From an uncultured delta proteobacterium (GTDB lineage Bacteria > Myxococcota_A > Polyangia > Fen-1088): DNA of 64,000 nucleotides. The DNA lies in assembly GCA_963796685.1 (NCBI GenBank), contig CAWCMR010000025.1:1728001-1792000 (forward strand). Direction: 5' to 3'. The position numbers and the translations under genes were made by a program. A model generated the notes under the pieces. The model saw nothing but the letters and a program-made list of their open reading frames with translations. It did no database searches and was not told the DNA's origin. Below are positions 1 to 10,522 of this stretch, piece after piece; the first letter of the stretch is position 1; each line of letters begins with the position of its first letter.

Positions 1-302
1 AGCCGCCGAATTGGAGCCCGATCGTCGAGCTCGACGCGTACCTCAGGATCGTTTTCGCCAGACTGGCCGAGCAAGATGTGCTGACCTTCATGCAGATGAA
101 GGAGAGCTTCGTGAAGCTTGCGACCAACAAGCAGCTGGCTTCGACTTGGTTCTCGTTTCTGACGGTGGCTCTCGACTATTCACGCCCCTGCCAGAGACTG
201 GAAGAGATGGTGGCCAATCTCGGCGCGACCTTGCCGCAAGGCCCGGGCATGGACAAGCTTCAAGCCCTGTGTCGCACGATGCCACCAACCGATGACGATT
301 AG
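1..302 (+). CDS. Hypothetical protein, 3' part (5' end outside window)
   Basis: Frame of ORF 78..302 is open back to base 3 (PPNWSPIVELDAYLRIVF...); stop TAG at 300-302. Confidence 0.55.
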   Translation, partial: PPNWSPIVELDAYLRIVFARLAEQDVLTFMQMKESFVKLATNKQLASTWFSFLTVALDYSRPCQRLEEMVANLGATLPQGPGMDKLQALCRTMPPTDDD

Positions 303-333
303 ACGATGATGAATAGGTGAAGACGCGGAGTCT

Positions 334-780
334 CTACCGTTTGTGGTGGTGCTTCGGGATCTGAGGATAGGCGATCTTCGCCTCCCACTTCGCTCCTAAG
401 GGTCGCGTATCGACGGCGTAGACAATGCGTTCGCCGGAGTAGTCGACCAGCACGTCGATCGAGCTACCGATAGCGACCTGCGGCTCCGAATCCGTCCAGA
501 TGGCGCCGGATTCGAGGACGCACTTGCCTCCCGAATTGGGATCGACCCATTCCGCACGAATCATCCACGGGTAGTGCAGCGGCATCCACTTGCCGGTCCG
601 GATGGCGTAGTTTCGGTCCTGCCTGATGTCGGTAACTCGTGCCGTCGCTCGCGTTCCAGACCATGCGAGCTTCCTTCGCCGGACAAAGTCCATGAACGGC
701 CCCGCGAGCAAGAACAAGCCTACGGATTCGCGTCTCGAATCCAAACCGAGGGTAGTTTCCAGGCAACTCTTTCTGCGCAC
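334..780 (-). CDS. DUF3592-like membrane-anchored protein (start uncertain)
   Basis: Short hydrophobic segment, then RRRKLAWSGTRATARVTDI...IGSSIDVLVDY, the usual DUF3592 pattern; C-terminal part of ORF 334..1182. Confidence 0.45.
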   Translation of the reverse strand: MRRKSCLETTLGLDSRRESVGLFLLAGPFMDFVRRRKLAWSGTRATARVTDIRQDRNYAIRTGKWMPLHYPWMIRAEWVDPNSGGKCVLESGAIWTDSEPQVAIGSSIDVLVDYSGERIVYAVDTRPLGAKWEAKIAYPQIPKHHHKR

Positions 781-820
781 AACCGATAGTTTGGCACGAG
801 CCGCTGTGCGACCATCAACA

Positions 821-2386
821 TCACGACCGAGCCTTGCCCTTTGTTGGCGATACCTCGATTTCTCCAGGTTCGCCTGCCAAGCTGACGGCACCCGATTCTG
901 TGTTCTGTGGAACGATGGATAATCGCCCAGCATCGATGGTATTCGTGCGTGCTTGTATCTGCGCCAGAGCCACCCGCGCGGCCATTCCGAATCGTCCGCC
1001 GAACAGCCCAAGAAGCACCTCGACCGAACGTTCCGTGCCGACGCTCCCGAGGGCTTCGATGGCTGGCATGGTCGAGTCTCCCTGTCTAGATGCGATGAGA
1101 TCGAGAAGGGCGGCTTCGATGCAATCGGCCGTCGAGCTAGCAAGCCATTGCACGACGGGCTCACAGTGCTCGAAACGCCCACGCTTGATTAGGTTGCAGA
1201 CGAGCTTGACCAAGGTTTCATCGCCCGAGGTCGCCGCGGCCTTGACGGCCACGTTCTCAAGGGGCTCGCATGACGAGGCGACGGCTGCCTCAATCAGTGA
1301 CCGCACCTGAGGTACTGGAAAGTGCTGGACCAGGTAGTCGAGCGCGTTCGCGCGCAACCAGTCGGGGCCCTTTGCGTGCGCGAGGAGGGTGGACATTTCT
1401 CGAAACGCGGTCGTGCCGCCGGCAAAGGTGGACGCGATGGCTCTGACCGCTTGCTGTTCATCGTGCATGGCAGCGGCGATAATGGCGGGCAGGCCGGCAT
1501 CCTCACGACACTGCTCGATGAGCACCTGCAGGTTTCGGCAGCGGATCCAAGGGCTGGGATCCTTGCTGGCGTTGAGGCTCAGGCGCGGCAACACCTGATC
1601 GGGCGCGATGCGGAGCTTCCTGGCCAATCGGCAACACCCTGCGATGGCTTGCACCATATCTGAGGAGGGAATCGGCAAGGGCTGTTCGATGGAACAGCGA
1701 TGGGCGTCACGTAGGGAGAATCTCGGCGCGTCCGCATCGAGAAGAATGAGAGTTTTCCAACCGCACGTAGCCGCCATCACCTCGGCGCGGGTGCCGGAGT
1801 CCATGATGGCGGCCGTGTGTGTGGGGCTTCCGGCCAATCGCACCACCTTGTCGAACGGCGCATCGCCAAGGGGAGGCAATGACGGCGTCGTGAACCTATC
1901 GTCCAGCGCCGGGTTTCCGGCACGCGCCAAGGCCAGGCAATTCTTGCCGTCGCCAGAAATCGCGATGCGTACCTTTCTCTGGTCAAGGACAATGTCTTCC
2001 CGCCCGATGGTGATTTGAACGAATGCGCCATCTCGCAGTCCGGCCAGCACGATCTCATCATTTGCATGGCGAAACCGGGGCCTTGGAGCCTTATCGAAGA
2101 GGCTAGCCCCCAGTTCTCGCCATCGTCTCAGGCCGCGTCTGAAGCTGCGTTTCTTTGTTCGACGCTCTATGAGGAGCCTTCGCCCGACCACGAGTGCCAA
2201 AGACAGTAGCGCTCCGACGCCACCGCCGACGATGATGGTTCCATCGAGGACGGGGCCAAGACGGGCGTATGTGCTGTCAAGGATGGCGAACGTTGAACCG
2301 AGTGACGCCGCGAAGAAGAGCGCCACGGCAATCCACTCCCACAGGCGTACATCGGGCCAGCTGGAACGCTCGTCCTTCTTGGACAT
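821..2386 (-). CDS. Membrane-anchored HEAT-repeat protein
   Basis: Two N-terminal TM helices; HEAT-like repeats (DPSPWIRCRNLQVL, DEQQAVRAIA, AIEALGSVGTERSVEVL); ATG at 2386. Confidence 0.7.
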   Translation of the reverse strand: MSKKDERSSWPDVRLWEWIAVALFFAASLGSTFAILDSTYARLGPVLDGTIIVGGGVGALLSLALVVGRRLLIERRTKKRSFRRGLRRWRELGASLFDKAPRPRFRHANDEIVLAGLRDGAFVQITIGREDIVLDQRKVRIAISGDGKNCLALARAGNPALDDRFTTPSLPPLGDAPFDKVVRLAGSPTHTAAIMDSGTRAEVMAATCGWKTLILLDADAPRFSLRDAHRCSIEQPLPIPSSDMVQAIAGCCRLARKLRIAPDQVLPRLSLNASKDPSPWIRCRNLQVLIEQCREDAGLPAIIAAAMHDEQQAVRAIASTFAGGTTAFREMSTLLAHAKGPDWLRANALDYLVQHFPVPQVRSLIEAAVASSCEPLENVAVKAAATSGDETLVKLVCNLIKRGRFEHCEPVVQWLASSTADCIEAALLDLIASRQGDSTMPAIEALGSVGTERSVEVLLGLFGGRFGMAARVALAQIQARTNTIDAGRLSIVPQNTESGAVSLAGEPGEIEVSPTKGKARS

Positions 2387-2487
2387 GGTCGGCAAAGTCT
2401 AGGCGGTTCTCCGCCTCGCCGTCCATGTGGAATGCGCGCAACCAGATATTGCGCTCGGCGAGGCATTGGCCTCAAGATTCGGAACGC

Positions 2488-4194
2488 ATGTCCAAGCCAC
2501 GCTGGGCACTCGATCTTGGAACCACGAACACCATCCTCACCTGTTGGGACGTGGCCGCGGATCGCCCGCGCGTCTTCGAGATGCCTGCGCTCTGTCGCCA
2601 CGTCGACGAGGCCGATCCGCTGCAGGCACCGCGCGCGGTGCCGAGTGCTGTGCAAGTGACCGAGAATCCAGGATTTTGGACTCGCGTCGGCAGCCGCGGC
2701 TTTCTCACCCGGCATTTCTTCCTCGGCAAACTTGGGCTGATCGGCCGCCCAGCCTTGGAAGCCAATGTTGCGAGGGCGCGGCCGAATTTCACCGCGAGCT
2801 TCAAACGCGATCTCTCGCAAAGCCCGCTCGTGACAGTTGCGCGCGTGAATGGTTGTGCGGTTTCCGCGCGTGAAGTCAACCGCATGTTCCTGCGCGAGCT
2901 CTTCGCCGAGGTGAAGCGACTGTCCGGCGAACGCATCAGCGAGCTCGTGGTCACAACCCCCGTCGAGGCCTTCGAGACCTACCGGGCGGAGATCTCGACC
3001 GCTTGCAAGGCCCTGGGCCTTGGCAAGGTTCGCTTCCTCGACGAACCGGTGGCAGCCGCCCTCGGGTATGGACTGGGGCTCGACCGGTCACGCCTGGTGC
3101 TGGTCGTCGACATGGGCGGCGGTACCATGCATCTGGCGCTGGTGACCCTGAAACCCGCCAGGACCGACGTCAAGGAGGCGGAGGTGATCGCAAAAGCGGG
3201 CCGGCCGATGGGCGGAAACCTGGTCGACCGCTGGGTGGTCGAAGATCTGTGCGAGAAGCGCCAATACACCTTTCTCGATGACGACAGCCCGGACGGAAAG
3301 ATGTGGCGTCGCCTGATGCTCGCCGAGGCCTGCCGGGTGAAAGAGTCGCTGTTTGTCAAGGAGCGCGAGACCTTCGAACTGGAGCCTTTCGAGGAGTGTC
3401 GTCGCTTCGAAGCGCGCCTGGCCACCGGCCCTTTGCCCACGCCCGAGCTTGGCCGCGAAGAGCTCGTCCGCATTCTCACTGAACGCGGGCTTTACCGAGC
3501 CTTGGAAGAATGCATCGATGAGGTACTGGCACAGGCGCAAACGGCGGGGCTTTCTCAGGCCGCCATCGAGGACGTTCTGATGGTCGGTGGTTCGACTTTG
3601 TTACCCAACGTCTATTCCCTGTTCGAAGGCCGCTTTGGCCGTGACCGTGTGCGCGCCTTTCAACCCTTCGAGGCCGTGGCCTATGGCGCTTGCGCCTACG
3701 CCGCGAACCGCATCGCGCCCTCGGACTTCATCGTTCACGACTACGCTCTGCTGACCTACGATCGTAGAACCCAGGCGCCGGAATACAGCGTGGTCGTGCC
3801 GCGCGGAACACGTTTTCCGACGGCGATGGACTTCTGGAAGCGCTCACTCGTGCCGACCTGCTCCCTCGGCCTGCCCGAGAAGATTTTCAAGCTCGTCATT
3901 TGCGAGGTCGGCGACGCGCGCAACGGCGACGAACGACGCTTCGGCTGGGATGCGTCCGGGCGCCTACACAGCCTGGGAGGGCAAGACGCAGCCAGCGAGC
4001 CCTACGTCGTGAAACTGAATGATTCCAACCCAACCCTGGGATACCTGAGCCCGCCGCATGACCCAGGTGACCGCCGACCGCGTCTCGAGGTTTCATTCGG
4101 CGTGAATGCCGATCGCTGGCTGTGCGCCACGGTGAGCGACCTGCCGACGCGGAAGCGCCTGATGCACGAAGCGCCCGTGGTGAGGCTGCTGTAG
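2488..4194 (+). CDS. Hsp70-family protein (non-canonical DnaK-like)
   Basis: ALDLGTTN, DEPVAAALGY, VVDMGGGT, VLMVGGS and EAVAYGA actin-fold ATPase motifs; ATG at 2488. Confidence 0.85.
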   Translation: MSKPRWALDLGTTNTILTCWDVAADRPRVFEMPALCRHVDEADPLQAPRAVPSAVQVTENPGFWTRVGSRGFLTRHFFLGKLGLIGRPALEANVARARPNFTASFKRDLSQSPLVTVARVNGCAVSAREVNRMFLRELFAEVKRLSGERISELVVTTPVEAFETYRAEISTACKALGLGKVRFLDEPVAAALGYGLGLDRSRLVLVVDMGGGTMHLALVTLKPARTDVKEAEVIAKAGRPMGGNLVDRWVVEDLCEKRQYTFLDDDSPDGKMWRRLMLAEACRVKESLFVKERETFELEPFEECRRFEARLATGPLPTPELGREELVRILTERGLYRALEECIDEVLAQAQTAGLSQAAIEDVLMVGGSTLLPNVYSLFEGRFGRDRVRAFQPFEAVAYGACAYAANRIAPSDFIVHDYALLTYDRRTQAPEYSVVVPRGTRFPTAMDFWKRSLVPTCSLGLPEKIFKLVICEVGDARNGDERRFGWDASGRLHSLGGQDAASEPYVVKLNDSNPTLGYLSPPHDPGDRRPRLEVSFGVNADRWLCATVSDLPTRKRLMHEAPVVRLL

Positions 4195-4225
4195 ATGGGC
4201 CGTGCTGGAGGCCATTCGCTCGCGA

Positions 4226-4834
4226 CTACCGCTTGCGCCGCCGACGGTGTTCGTGGTGGCCGGGGTGCTCGGGCTGGGGCCCGGTCCACGGGCGGATGCC
4301 CGGGCCTTCAGTCGGAACCTCGACCTTGCCATCGAACAGGCGGAGACCAAGGTACACGGCCATGCTGCGACTTAGCGACGCGGCCTCTTCGAGGCTCTTA
4401 CAGCCCGCGAGGCTCCAGAAGTCGTAGTACCAAGGCAGACCCGTGATGACGATCGGCCAGTAGTAGGGCTGGTACCCTCTGCCACCGCCTCGTCTCGACT
4501 GGACGATCACCTTGGCGTCGTCGCCAAGCTTGTAGCATCGGTAGCTCGTCCTTCTGGTGATCCGATTCTTGCGCCAACAGCGAGCCTCTCGCGGGGTATC
4601 CGACAGCTCGACTTTCAAATTGAGGCTCGAAAACCATGCCAGATAGAGGACCGCGATCCCAACGGCGAGACCGGCGGTTGACAATGCAAGGACCGCGACG
4701 GGCATTCTGCTCTCGATGCATGTCCAAGCCCCATAGAAGGGCGCTGCCACGAATCCCAATAGCAGCAAGGTGCCGACAACACCCCAGAAGGTGAACGTCA
4801 GCCTTCGGTCGAAATCCTTTTCGCCGAACTCCAT
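4226..4834 (-). CDS. Two-TM membrane protein, candidate immunity protein for the upstream effector
   Basis: ATG lies 1 nt after the corrected effector stop (TGA-C-ATG); two TM helices then a soluble beta-rich domain. Confidence 0.6.
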   Translation of the reverse strand: MEFGEKDFDRRLTFTFWGVVGTLLLLGFVAAPFYGAWTCIESRMPVAVLALSTAGLAVGIAVLYLAWFSSLNLKVELSDTPREARCWRKNRITRRTSYRCYKLGDDAKVIVQSRRGGGRGYQPYYWPIVITGLPWYYDFWSLAGCKSLEEAASLSRSMAVYLGLRLFDGKVEVPTEGPGIRPWTGPQPEHPGHHEHRRRRKR

Positions 4835-4835
4835 G

Positions 4836-7395
4836 TCACAAGCTCCCGCCGGTGCCGCCGGGGCGATTGGCATAATCCGGAGAGCCCGCTGTGGAGTACG
4901 AGAGGCCTCTCTGCACTACCCGTGAGCCGTCTTTGCTAAGCCGGAGGACGAAGCGACCCGACAAGTGAAAGGAGAATCCGGCGGCCTGTTCTTTGGTCAG
5001 AGCGCCTCCGAGGACGGTCCATGGGCTGAGGCTCGTGAGGTACGGCGTCGTCATCTCCCAGTGGGCGTGACTGCCGCACTTCTCGTGCGTGTATTCGTTG
5101 GAGATATCCATGTCGGCGAGAAAGACCGCGTCCGCGGGCAGCAGCGGGGTGGCTCGGGGCGGGCTGACGTCGACCAGGAACTGCTGCGCGCCGGTTTGTT
5201 TGTCGAGGCTCGAGCCGCACCTCGGGCTGGCCGAAGCCGTAAAGGATTTCGTCCAGCTTCTCGATCAACGACGTGACCTCGGTCGCCGGATTGCCCTTGA
5301 AGGTCACCTTCGGCCCGGTGTCCTTGCCCCAGGGGCTCGTGCGCAGGTAAACGTTCAGCTCGTCCATGTGCTCGACGACACCCGCCCCCACCCATTGCAG
5401 GACCATACCTACCAGGGCAAGCCCAACGCCGATCCCGGTTTCGGCAGCAAGGGCACCAATCAGTCCGAAGGCCGCGCCGACCGCGTTCAGGGCGTAGCCA
5501 AGGCCAGTGCCCGCCCCACGCGAGCTCGCGAGATCCTCGAGGGCAAGCACGAGATCGATGCCGCTAGCGATGCTTCCTAGGAACTTTAGCTTCGCGACAC
5601 GCACTCCGGTTTGCGAGGTCACCTTGTATGAGTACTGGGTAGTTCTTTCGACGGCCTCGCCGAGCTTCTCCCAGGGCTTGGGCATCAGGTCAAAGGTCAA
5701 CTCGAGCGCGTTCAGGCCACTCGACATGGCCTCCATCACGGCCTTGTGGTCGCCTTTCTTCTTCACCTCGCCGAACTTCTCCCAGAAGGTTGCGGCGCGC
5801 GCTAGCGCCTGCCCGACCTTGGCGGCCTTGACGATGGCCTTCGATGCGTCCGTCTCAAAGACCTCGTTCCGGCCCTTGCCGGCCGGAACCAGCTTCTTCG
5901 CTTTCTGCAGGCGCGCCTCGTAGTCGGCCCGGTATTTCGCCTTCAGACCATCGATCTTGGCCCGGTCCGCTACCACTTCCTTGACGTTGATGTCGATGCC
6001 CGACTTGCTCTTTACGAAGTCGGCCAGCGAGGCGAAGGTCATCTTGCCTTTGCGCATGTAGATGTGGGGTAGGAGATTCTGCAGCAGACCGTCCCAGGCC
6101 TGCAGGATGAAGTCGGCGGGCTTCATGGTCGCGGCCAGCGCTCCGAGCAGGCAGTCGTCTTCGATGGGCTTGAGCTCCGCTTCGCCCAGGCACTGATCGG
6201 CGGCCTTCTGCAGGAATTCCTGACCGGACTTGGTCTGGTCGAGACGGCCGATGAACAAGTTGCGAACCGCGCCCACGGCCTTCTTCCACTGGTCCGATCC
6301 GTAGCGCGCCTCGTACATCATCCCCGACAGCCAGTTGGACTTGATCTTCTGTTCTGGCCGAAGCTCGTTCTTGTACGGCTTGGGCGGCCAGCTCTGGGTG
6401 GCGTCGAAAGTGATCTGGTCGGGGTTGAAGCCTCCGGAGAACCAGGTCCAGCCCTCTGCCGCGAACCCGTAACCGCACCAACGAAGGAGCCTCCTGCACT
6501 CCTCCTCGGCCCGGAACCACAGGGCCTCAACGGGATTTTCGAATTCCTGCAGATCGAAACCCAGCTTCGGCACCATGCCGCGGAGATTCTCGTCGCCGGC
6601 AATGATGGCCTGGATGCGCTTCACCAAGACGTACCGCGGGGTCTGGCCATTCTGGATCTGCAAGCCCAATGCCGCCTGCACGAGCTCGTTGTAGGCGAGT
6701 ATGCGTGGGAGGGCCTCGCTGCAAGGATTGATGAGATAGAGAATGCGTTCACCCTTGGGGACATCCTTGTCTTCGAGAAAGTCCTTGGCTAGCGCCTTCA
6801 CCTCGTCCTGGTTCGGCGGTCTGGGCTTGGTGGCGGCCACGAAGTCACAGGCGAATGGGTCGTTGATCCACGACCCGCGCACCAACACGTGCGCGAGAAG
6901 CAGCTTGTGTTCCTTGGTGGTGGGAGTGTGTAGCGCATCCACGAAGTCCTGCGACATCGGTTCCGGCGAAAGCAGCGCGCAGTAGCGCAGGACTCGGCGG
7001 GTCTTCTTGTCGGGAACGGCAACCGCCTGTGGAAGCTCCAAGAGCGACAGCCCATCATCGTTCTTACCCACAGGCTTCGGAATCTCGGTGGGTTTGGCGA
7101 GGTCGACGTATCTAAACACACCGGCTGCGTGAAAATAGAGGATGTATTCGAGCCGGTACTGGTTGGCTGTCGCGTGGTCCGACAGAACATAGACCCATGA
7201 CTTGGCCTTGAGACGTTGGTTTCCTGGATCGCGAAGGAATGTCCGTAACACGGTCGTCCCATTGCCCGAGAAGCTACGGAACACACACGGCTTGGAAGCA
7301 GATTGGGGCTGGTGTTCCACGTCGACGATGCGCTGGACTCCGCAGAACCGAACGTGAATATCGCTGCTGGGAGGTGGGGGAGCCGGAGAGGCCAT
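4836..7395 (-). CDS. Large T6SS effector candidate, VasX/BTH_I2691-like pore-forming type (one frameshift near 5208)
   Basis: Follows DUF4150 gene after 5 nt; C-terminal Gly/Ala-rich hydrophobic hairpin followed by LNVYLRTSPWGK; a frame switch near 5208 continues as SLDKQTGAQQFLVDV... into ORF 4836..5111. Confidence 0.6.
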
Positions 7396-7400
7396 TCGTC

Positions 7401-8432
7401 CTACCCTCCACTCTTTTGATCGACGATGTTGTCGAAGGGGATGCCCTCGAAGACCACGTTGCGCATCGTGGGCGTATCGAGACGCGTGAGGGTGAATTTC
7501 GCGCCCTTTGGGAGATAGTCGAAACGGATCAGGCAATCTTGTTTGTCGCGAATCAGATTGTTGCGCGCGGTCCGCTGCTGTTTGTACTTCCCGTCCGCGC
7601 TCTCCAGGACGAACTTGGGATAACTCCAGACACCCGGTTTTCGGTGGGCAAACGAAACGGTCATGGTCGCAATCTGGCAGGTCAGCTCATGCTTCTTGCC
7701 TGTCGGCAGGGAAACGGCCGCGCCATCCGGGGCAGGGGCAAAGAGCTTGGCCTTCACCTCCTTCATGGGCTTTCCTTCCCAGTCGAAGAGTGTGACCTGA
7801 CAGGAGCCTTTCTTGAGCCCACGAAGCGTGATCTCGCCGCCGGCCGGCGATGGCCGGCGGAAGGTGCGCTTGGCTGGGGTCTCGATGAGCACCTTTAGAC
7901 CTGCGACCGGGCGGTCGAGCTCGTCCTTCAGTGATAGGGTGATGAAGTCTTTCCCCTCTTTCTCCACCTTCTCCGCCCCCTTCGGCGCCGGCCCCGGACC
8001 CGCCAGCGTCGTTGCCATCCATGACGCGGGCGGGGTGTTGCCGGGCATCATGGCCATGTGGTTGTGGGTCACCAGATCCATGTGGCGGACCGCCGGTTGG
8101 CTTTCGATGAAGACGTCCATCGAGAAGGTCTGGAAGTAGGCCATGCCTTGGACCATGTGGGTGATGACGCCGCCGCCGGTGCTGGTCGCGACTTCGTTGC
8201 CGGTGGACTTGGCGATGAAGGACTTGGCGTGGGCCACAGGGTTGCCTTCGATGGTCACGGTCGCTGCACCGCCTTGCAGATCCATGGCTTGGGCGGTGTT
8301 GGGCAACGGGGTGGGAATGGGGCCCGACGGCGGCGGAGGCGGGCACAGGCAGACGTCGGGGAAGGCGATGGACTTGCCAGCCGAGCCCGCGTGGATGGCG
8401 GCGCGACCGTTGATGAAGACGTTGTCAGCCAT
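7401..8432 (-). CDS. DUF4150 (PAAR-like) spike-tip protein with C-terminal transthyretin-like extension
   Basis: NVFINGRAAIH..GKSIAFPDVC..PIPTPLPN..STGNE..GGGV..SMDVFIE..VRHMDLVTHN; extension ITLSLKDELDRPVAG...GEITLRGLKKGSCQVT. Confidence 0.88.
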   Translation of the reverse strand: MADNVFINGRAAIHAGSAGKSIAFPDVCLCPPPPPSGPIPTPLPNTAQAMDLQGGAATVTIEGNPVAHAKSFIAKSTGNEVATSTGGGVITHMVQGMAYFQTFSMDVFIESQPAVRHMDLVTHNHMAMMPGNTPPASWMATTLAGPGPAPKGAEKVEKEGKDFITLSLKDELDRPVAGLKVLIETPAKRTFRRPSPAGGEITLRGLKKGSCQVTLFDWEGKPMKEVKAKLFAPAPDGAAVSLPTGKKHELTCQIATMTVSFAHRKPGVWSYPKFVLESADGKYKQQRTARNNLIRDKQDCLIRFDYLPKGAKFTLTRLDTPTMRNVVFEGIPFDNIVDQKSGG

Positions 8433-8441
8433 GATGATACC

Positions 8442-9458
8442 TCACGCTCTGCCTGTCATCGGACCCAGGACGACGGCGCCGCGCTCGGGACCGTCGGAAG
8501 TCAGTGCGGCCAGGCTGGGCCGCTTGTGAACGCCCTTCGAATGCAGGAAAGCCAGCATGGCGATGGACAGAAGGCCCGCGGCGGCGCCGGTCTCGCCCAC
8601 GGATAGGGAAGGAATTTCCATGGTGCCTGTCACCGGGCCCTTGGCCATGCGCGAGCTGGCGAGAAGGAGCTCCTCGAAATAGCGCTGCTCGCCGGAAAAA
8701 TCGTGCGCCAGACAAGCCAGCGATTCGTAGGCCAGCTTGGCCTGTGCCAGCGCCTTGGTCATCGCCTCTTGCAGGCCCGCGCCGGTAACGGGACGATCGG
8801 CGCCGCGGTTAGCTTCTTCACTGGCCGCGGCGGCGCCCAACCACGCGGCCAAGGCGTCAGGGTCCGGACGATTGGTCAGCAGCAAAGAAACGCCGGCCTC
8901 GCCCGGTTTGAAGCCGTCCTTGTTCGTCCCGGTCAGGATCCGATCGTCATCCACCAGCGCAGCCACACGATCGGCGTCGATGAACGAATCCACGCCGCTG
9001 ACGAGGCAATAGGGAATCGAGGAGTCCTTCAACAAGGCCAGAGCCGTCCCCAGCGCTTCGGTCATCCCCGCGCGGCCACGCGCAACCACGCGACTACGCG
9101 TGTGGTCGACGGTGAACGCGGCCTGGGCCATCACCTCGGCCAGCAGTTGCGCGGGCCACTGCACCGCAGCCTCCGGGAAAGCTGCGGCATCAGGGCAGCA
9201 CAGGATCAGCGGCACCTTGGCATCCGGCGCGACGGCCAACGTCGCCTCGTCCATCACTGCGTGGGCCATGGCGGCCAGTCGCGCCGGCCCGGCGATCTCT
9301 TCGGCGAAGCGAATCTTCATCCCGCTCAGAGGCTCGCCGTCGTTGTCGAGCACGTCCAGATCCTCGACCAGTTGCACGTGCGTGTACAGCGCGGCCATGG
9401 TGTCCGACAGATCGAGTCCCACGGGCGTCAGCGCGCCAGCCGCCGCAACCGCGATCAT
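8442..9458 (-). CDS. 3-oxoacyl-ACP synthase/thiolase-like T6SS accessory protein (PRK06147-like)
   Basis: GALTPVG, GVDSFID, GFKPGEAG, DFSGEQRYFEE, VGETGAAAG; no Cys at the usual catalytic position (ARGRAG); ATGA overlap with DUF2169 gene. Confidence 0.82.
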   Translation of the reverse strand: MIAVAAAGALTPVGLDLSDTMAALYTHVQLVEDLDVLDNDGEPLSGMKIRFAEEIAGPARLAAMAHAVMDEATLAVAPDAKVPLILCCPDAAAFPEAAVQWPAQLLAEVMAQAAFTVDHTRSRVVARGRAGMTEALGTALALLKDSSIPYCLVSGVDSFIDADRVAALVDDDRILTGTNKDGFKPGEAGVSLLLTNRPDPDALAAWLGAAAASEEANRGADRPVTGAGLQEAMTKALAQAKLAYESLACLAHDFSGEQRYFEELLLASSRMAKGPVTGTMEIPSLSVGETGAAAGLLSIAMLAFLHSKGVHKRPSLAALTSDGPERGAVVLGPMTGRA

Positions 9459-10516
9459 CCTGCCCTCCTCCATCGGTGCGGGACGTAGTAGACCTTGCCC
9501 GCCCCGAGCGCACGCAGGCAGGCCTGCGTGGGTGTGCCCACCACGACTTGGCCCATGGCCAGGTGATTCGGGCGCGGCGAAAACGCGGCCCGCGCCACCA
9601 GGGAAAAGCGCTGCTCGGCCGGCTCGATGATGATGGTGTCCACCTGCGCGAAGGTTTCCGACATCTTCTCGCGCGAGCTGAAGAGCACGGGCACCTCGAA
9701 TTCGGGCAGCGAAAAGAAATCCACGCCTCGCTTGCTCATGTTGAGCAGGCGCACCGGTTCGCCGGGCTGGTAGTCGGCAAGCTGCTGATCCGCGGGCGCC
9801 ACATTCCAGTATGCGGGATTGAAGTCCTTGGGCAGAAGCGGCGCGCGGGAATTCTGCCAGGCTTCGTCGTAGGTGCCGGCAAGTTGGCAACGCGGCTGCC
9901 AGTGCGCCGCCACTGGGCCGAAGCCGCGCGGGGCAGGGCGGTCATTCGCCGAGGTGATGAGACTCGCTGGATCCTCGAAGCTGGGCGCCTGCTTGCCCTG
10001 CAGCTCGGCCGGCCGCTTGGTCACGCCGGTACCCGCGGGATTGCGAGGCTCGGTGGCGCGCGTGTCCTGCAGGTCCATGCCCCCGAACGACAACTCCCAC
10101 GCGAAGGATAAGGCCTCGGTCGGATACGGTTTCGAGGGCACCATGTCCTGCACGATCCCCGGCAGCCAGTAGCGCGCACCGAACACGTGCGCGGTTTTCT
10201 GCAGGCGCGAGCCCACGCGGAAAGCGACGTCCACCTCGGTCACGGGCGCGGGAAAGGTCAGCGTGCCTTTGAAGAGAACGTCGATGCGCGGCTTGGGCGG
10301 CACTAGGTCGGCCGCCGAAAGCAGACCTGACGTAGCGGGCTCGCCGGCGAATTCGTCGGTTTCGCAAATGGGCACGGCGGCGATCTGGCGAAGGCTGCCA
10401 TCCTGCTGCCACTGCCAGGTCGCCTTCACCACGGCGACGTATAGGGGGAAGCCCTCGGCGTCCTTGCCCGCCAGCTCGCCCACGGCGTAGGGCGTGAGAT
10501 TGATGGCGTTGCCCAT
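9455..10516 (-). CDS. DUF2169 T6SS adaptor/chaperone
   Basis: VAVVKAT, DLVPPKPRIDV, VFGARYW, WELSFGG, RNPAGTG, GFGPVAAHWQPR..AGTYDEAW, PLLPKDF..YWNVAP.DQQ, DTIIIEP. Confidence 0.93.
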   Translation of the reverse strand: MGNAINLTPYAVGELAGKDAEGFPLYVAVVKATWQWQQDGSLRQIAAVPICETDEFAGEPATSGLLSAADLVPPKPRIDVLFKGTLTFPAPVTEVDVAFRVGSRLQKTAHVFGARYWLPGIVQDMVPSKPYPTEALSFAWELSFGGMDLQDTRATEPRNPAGTGVTKRPAELQGKQAPSFEDPASLITSANDRPAPRGFGPVAAHWQPRCQLAGTYDEAWQNSRAPLLPKDFNPAYWNVAPADQQLADYQPGEPVRLLNMSKRGVDFFSLPEFEVPVLFSSREKMSETFAQVDTIIIEPAEQRFSLVARAAFSPRPNHLAMGQVVVGTPTQACLRALGAGKVYYVPHRWRRAG

Positions 10517-10522
10517 TGTCGT

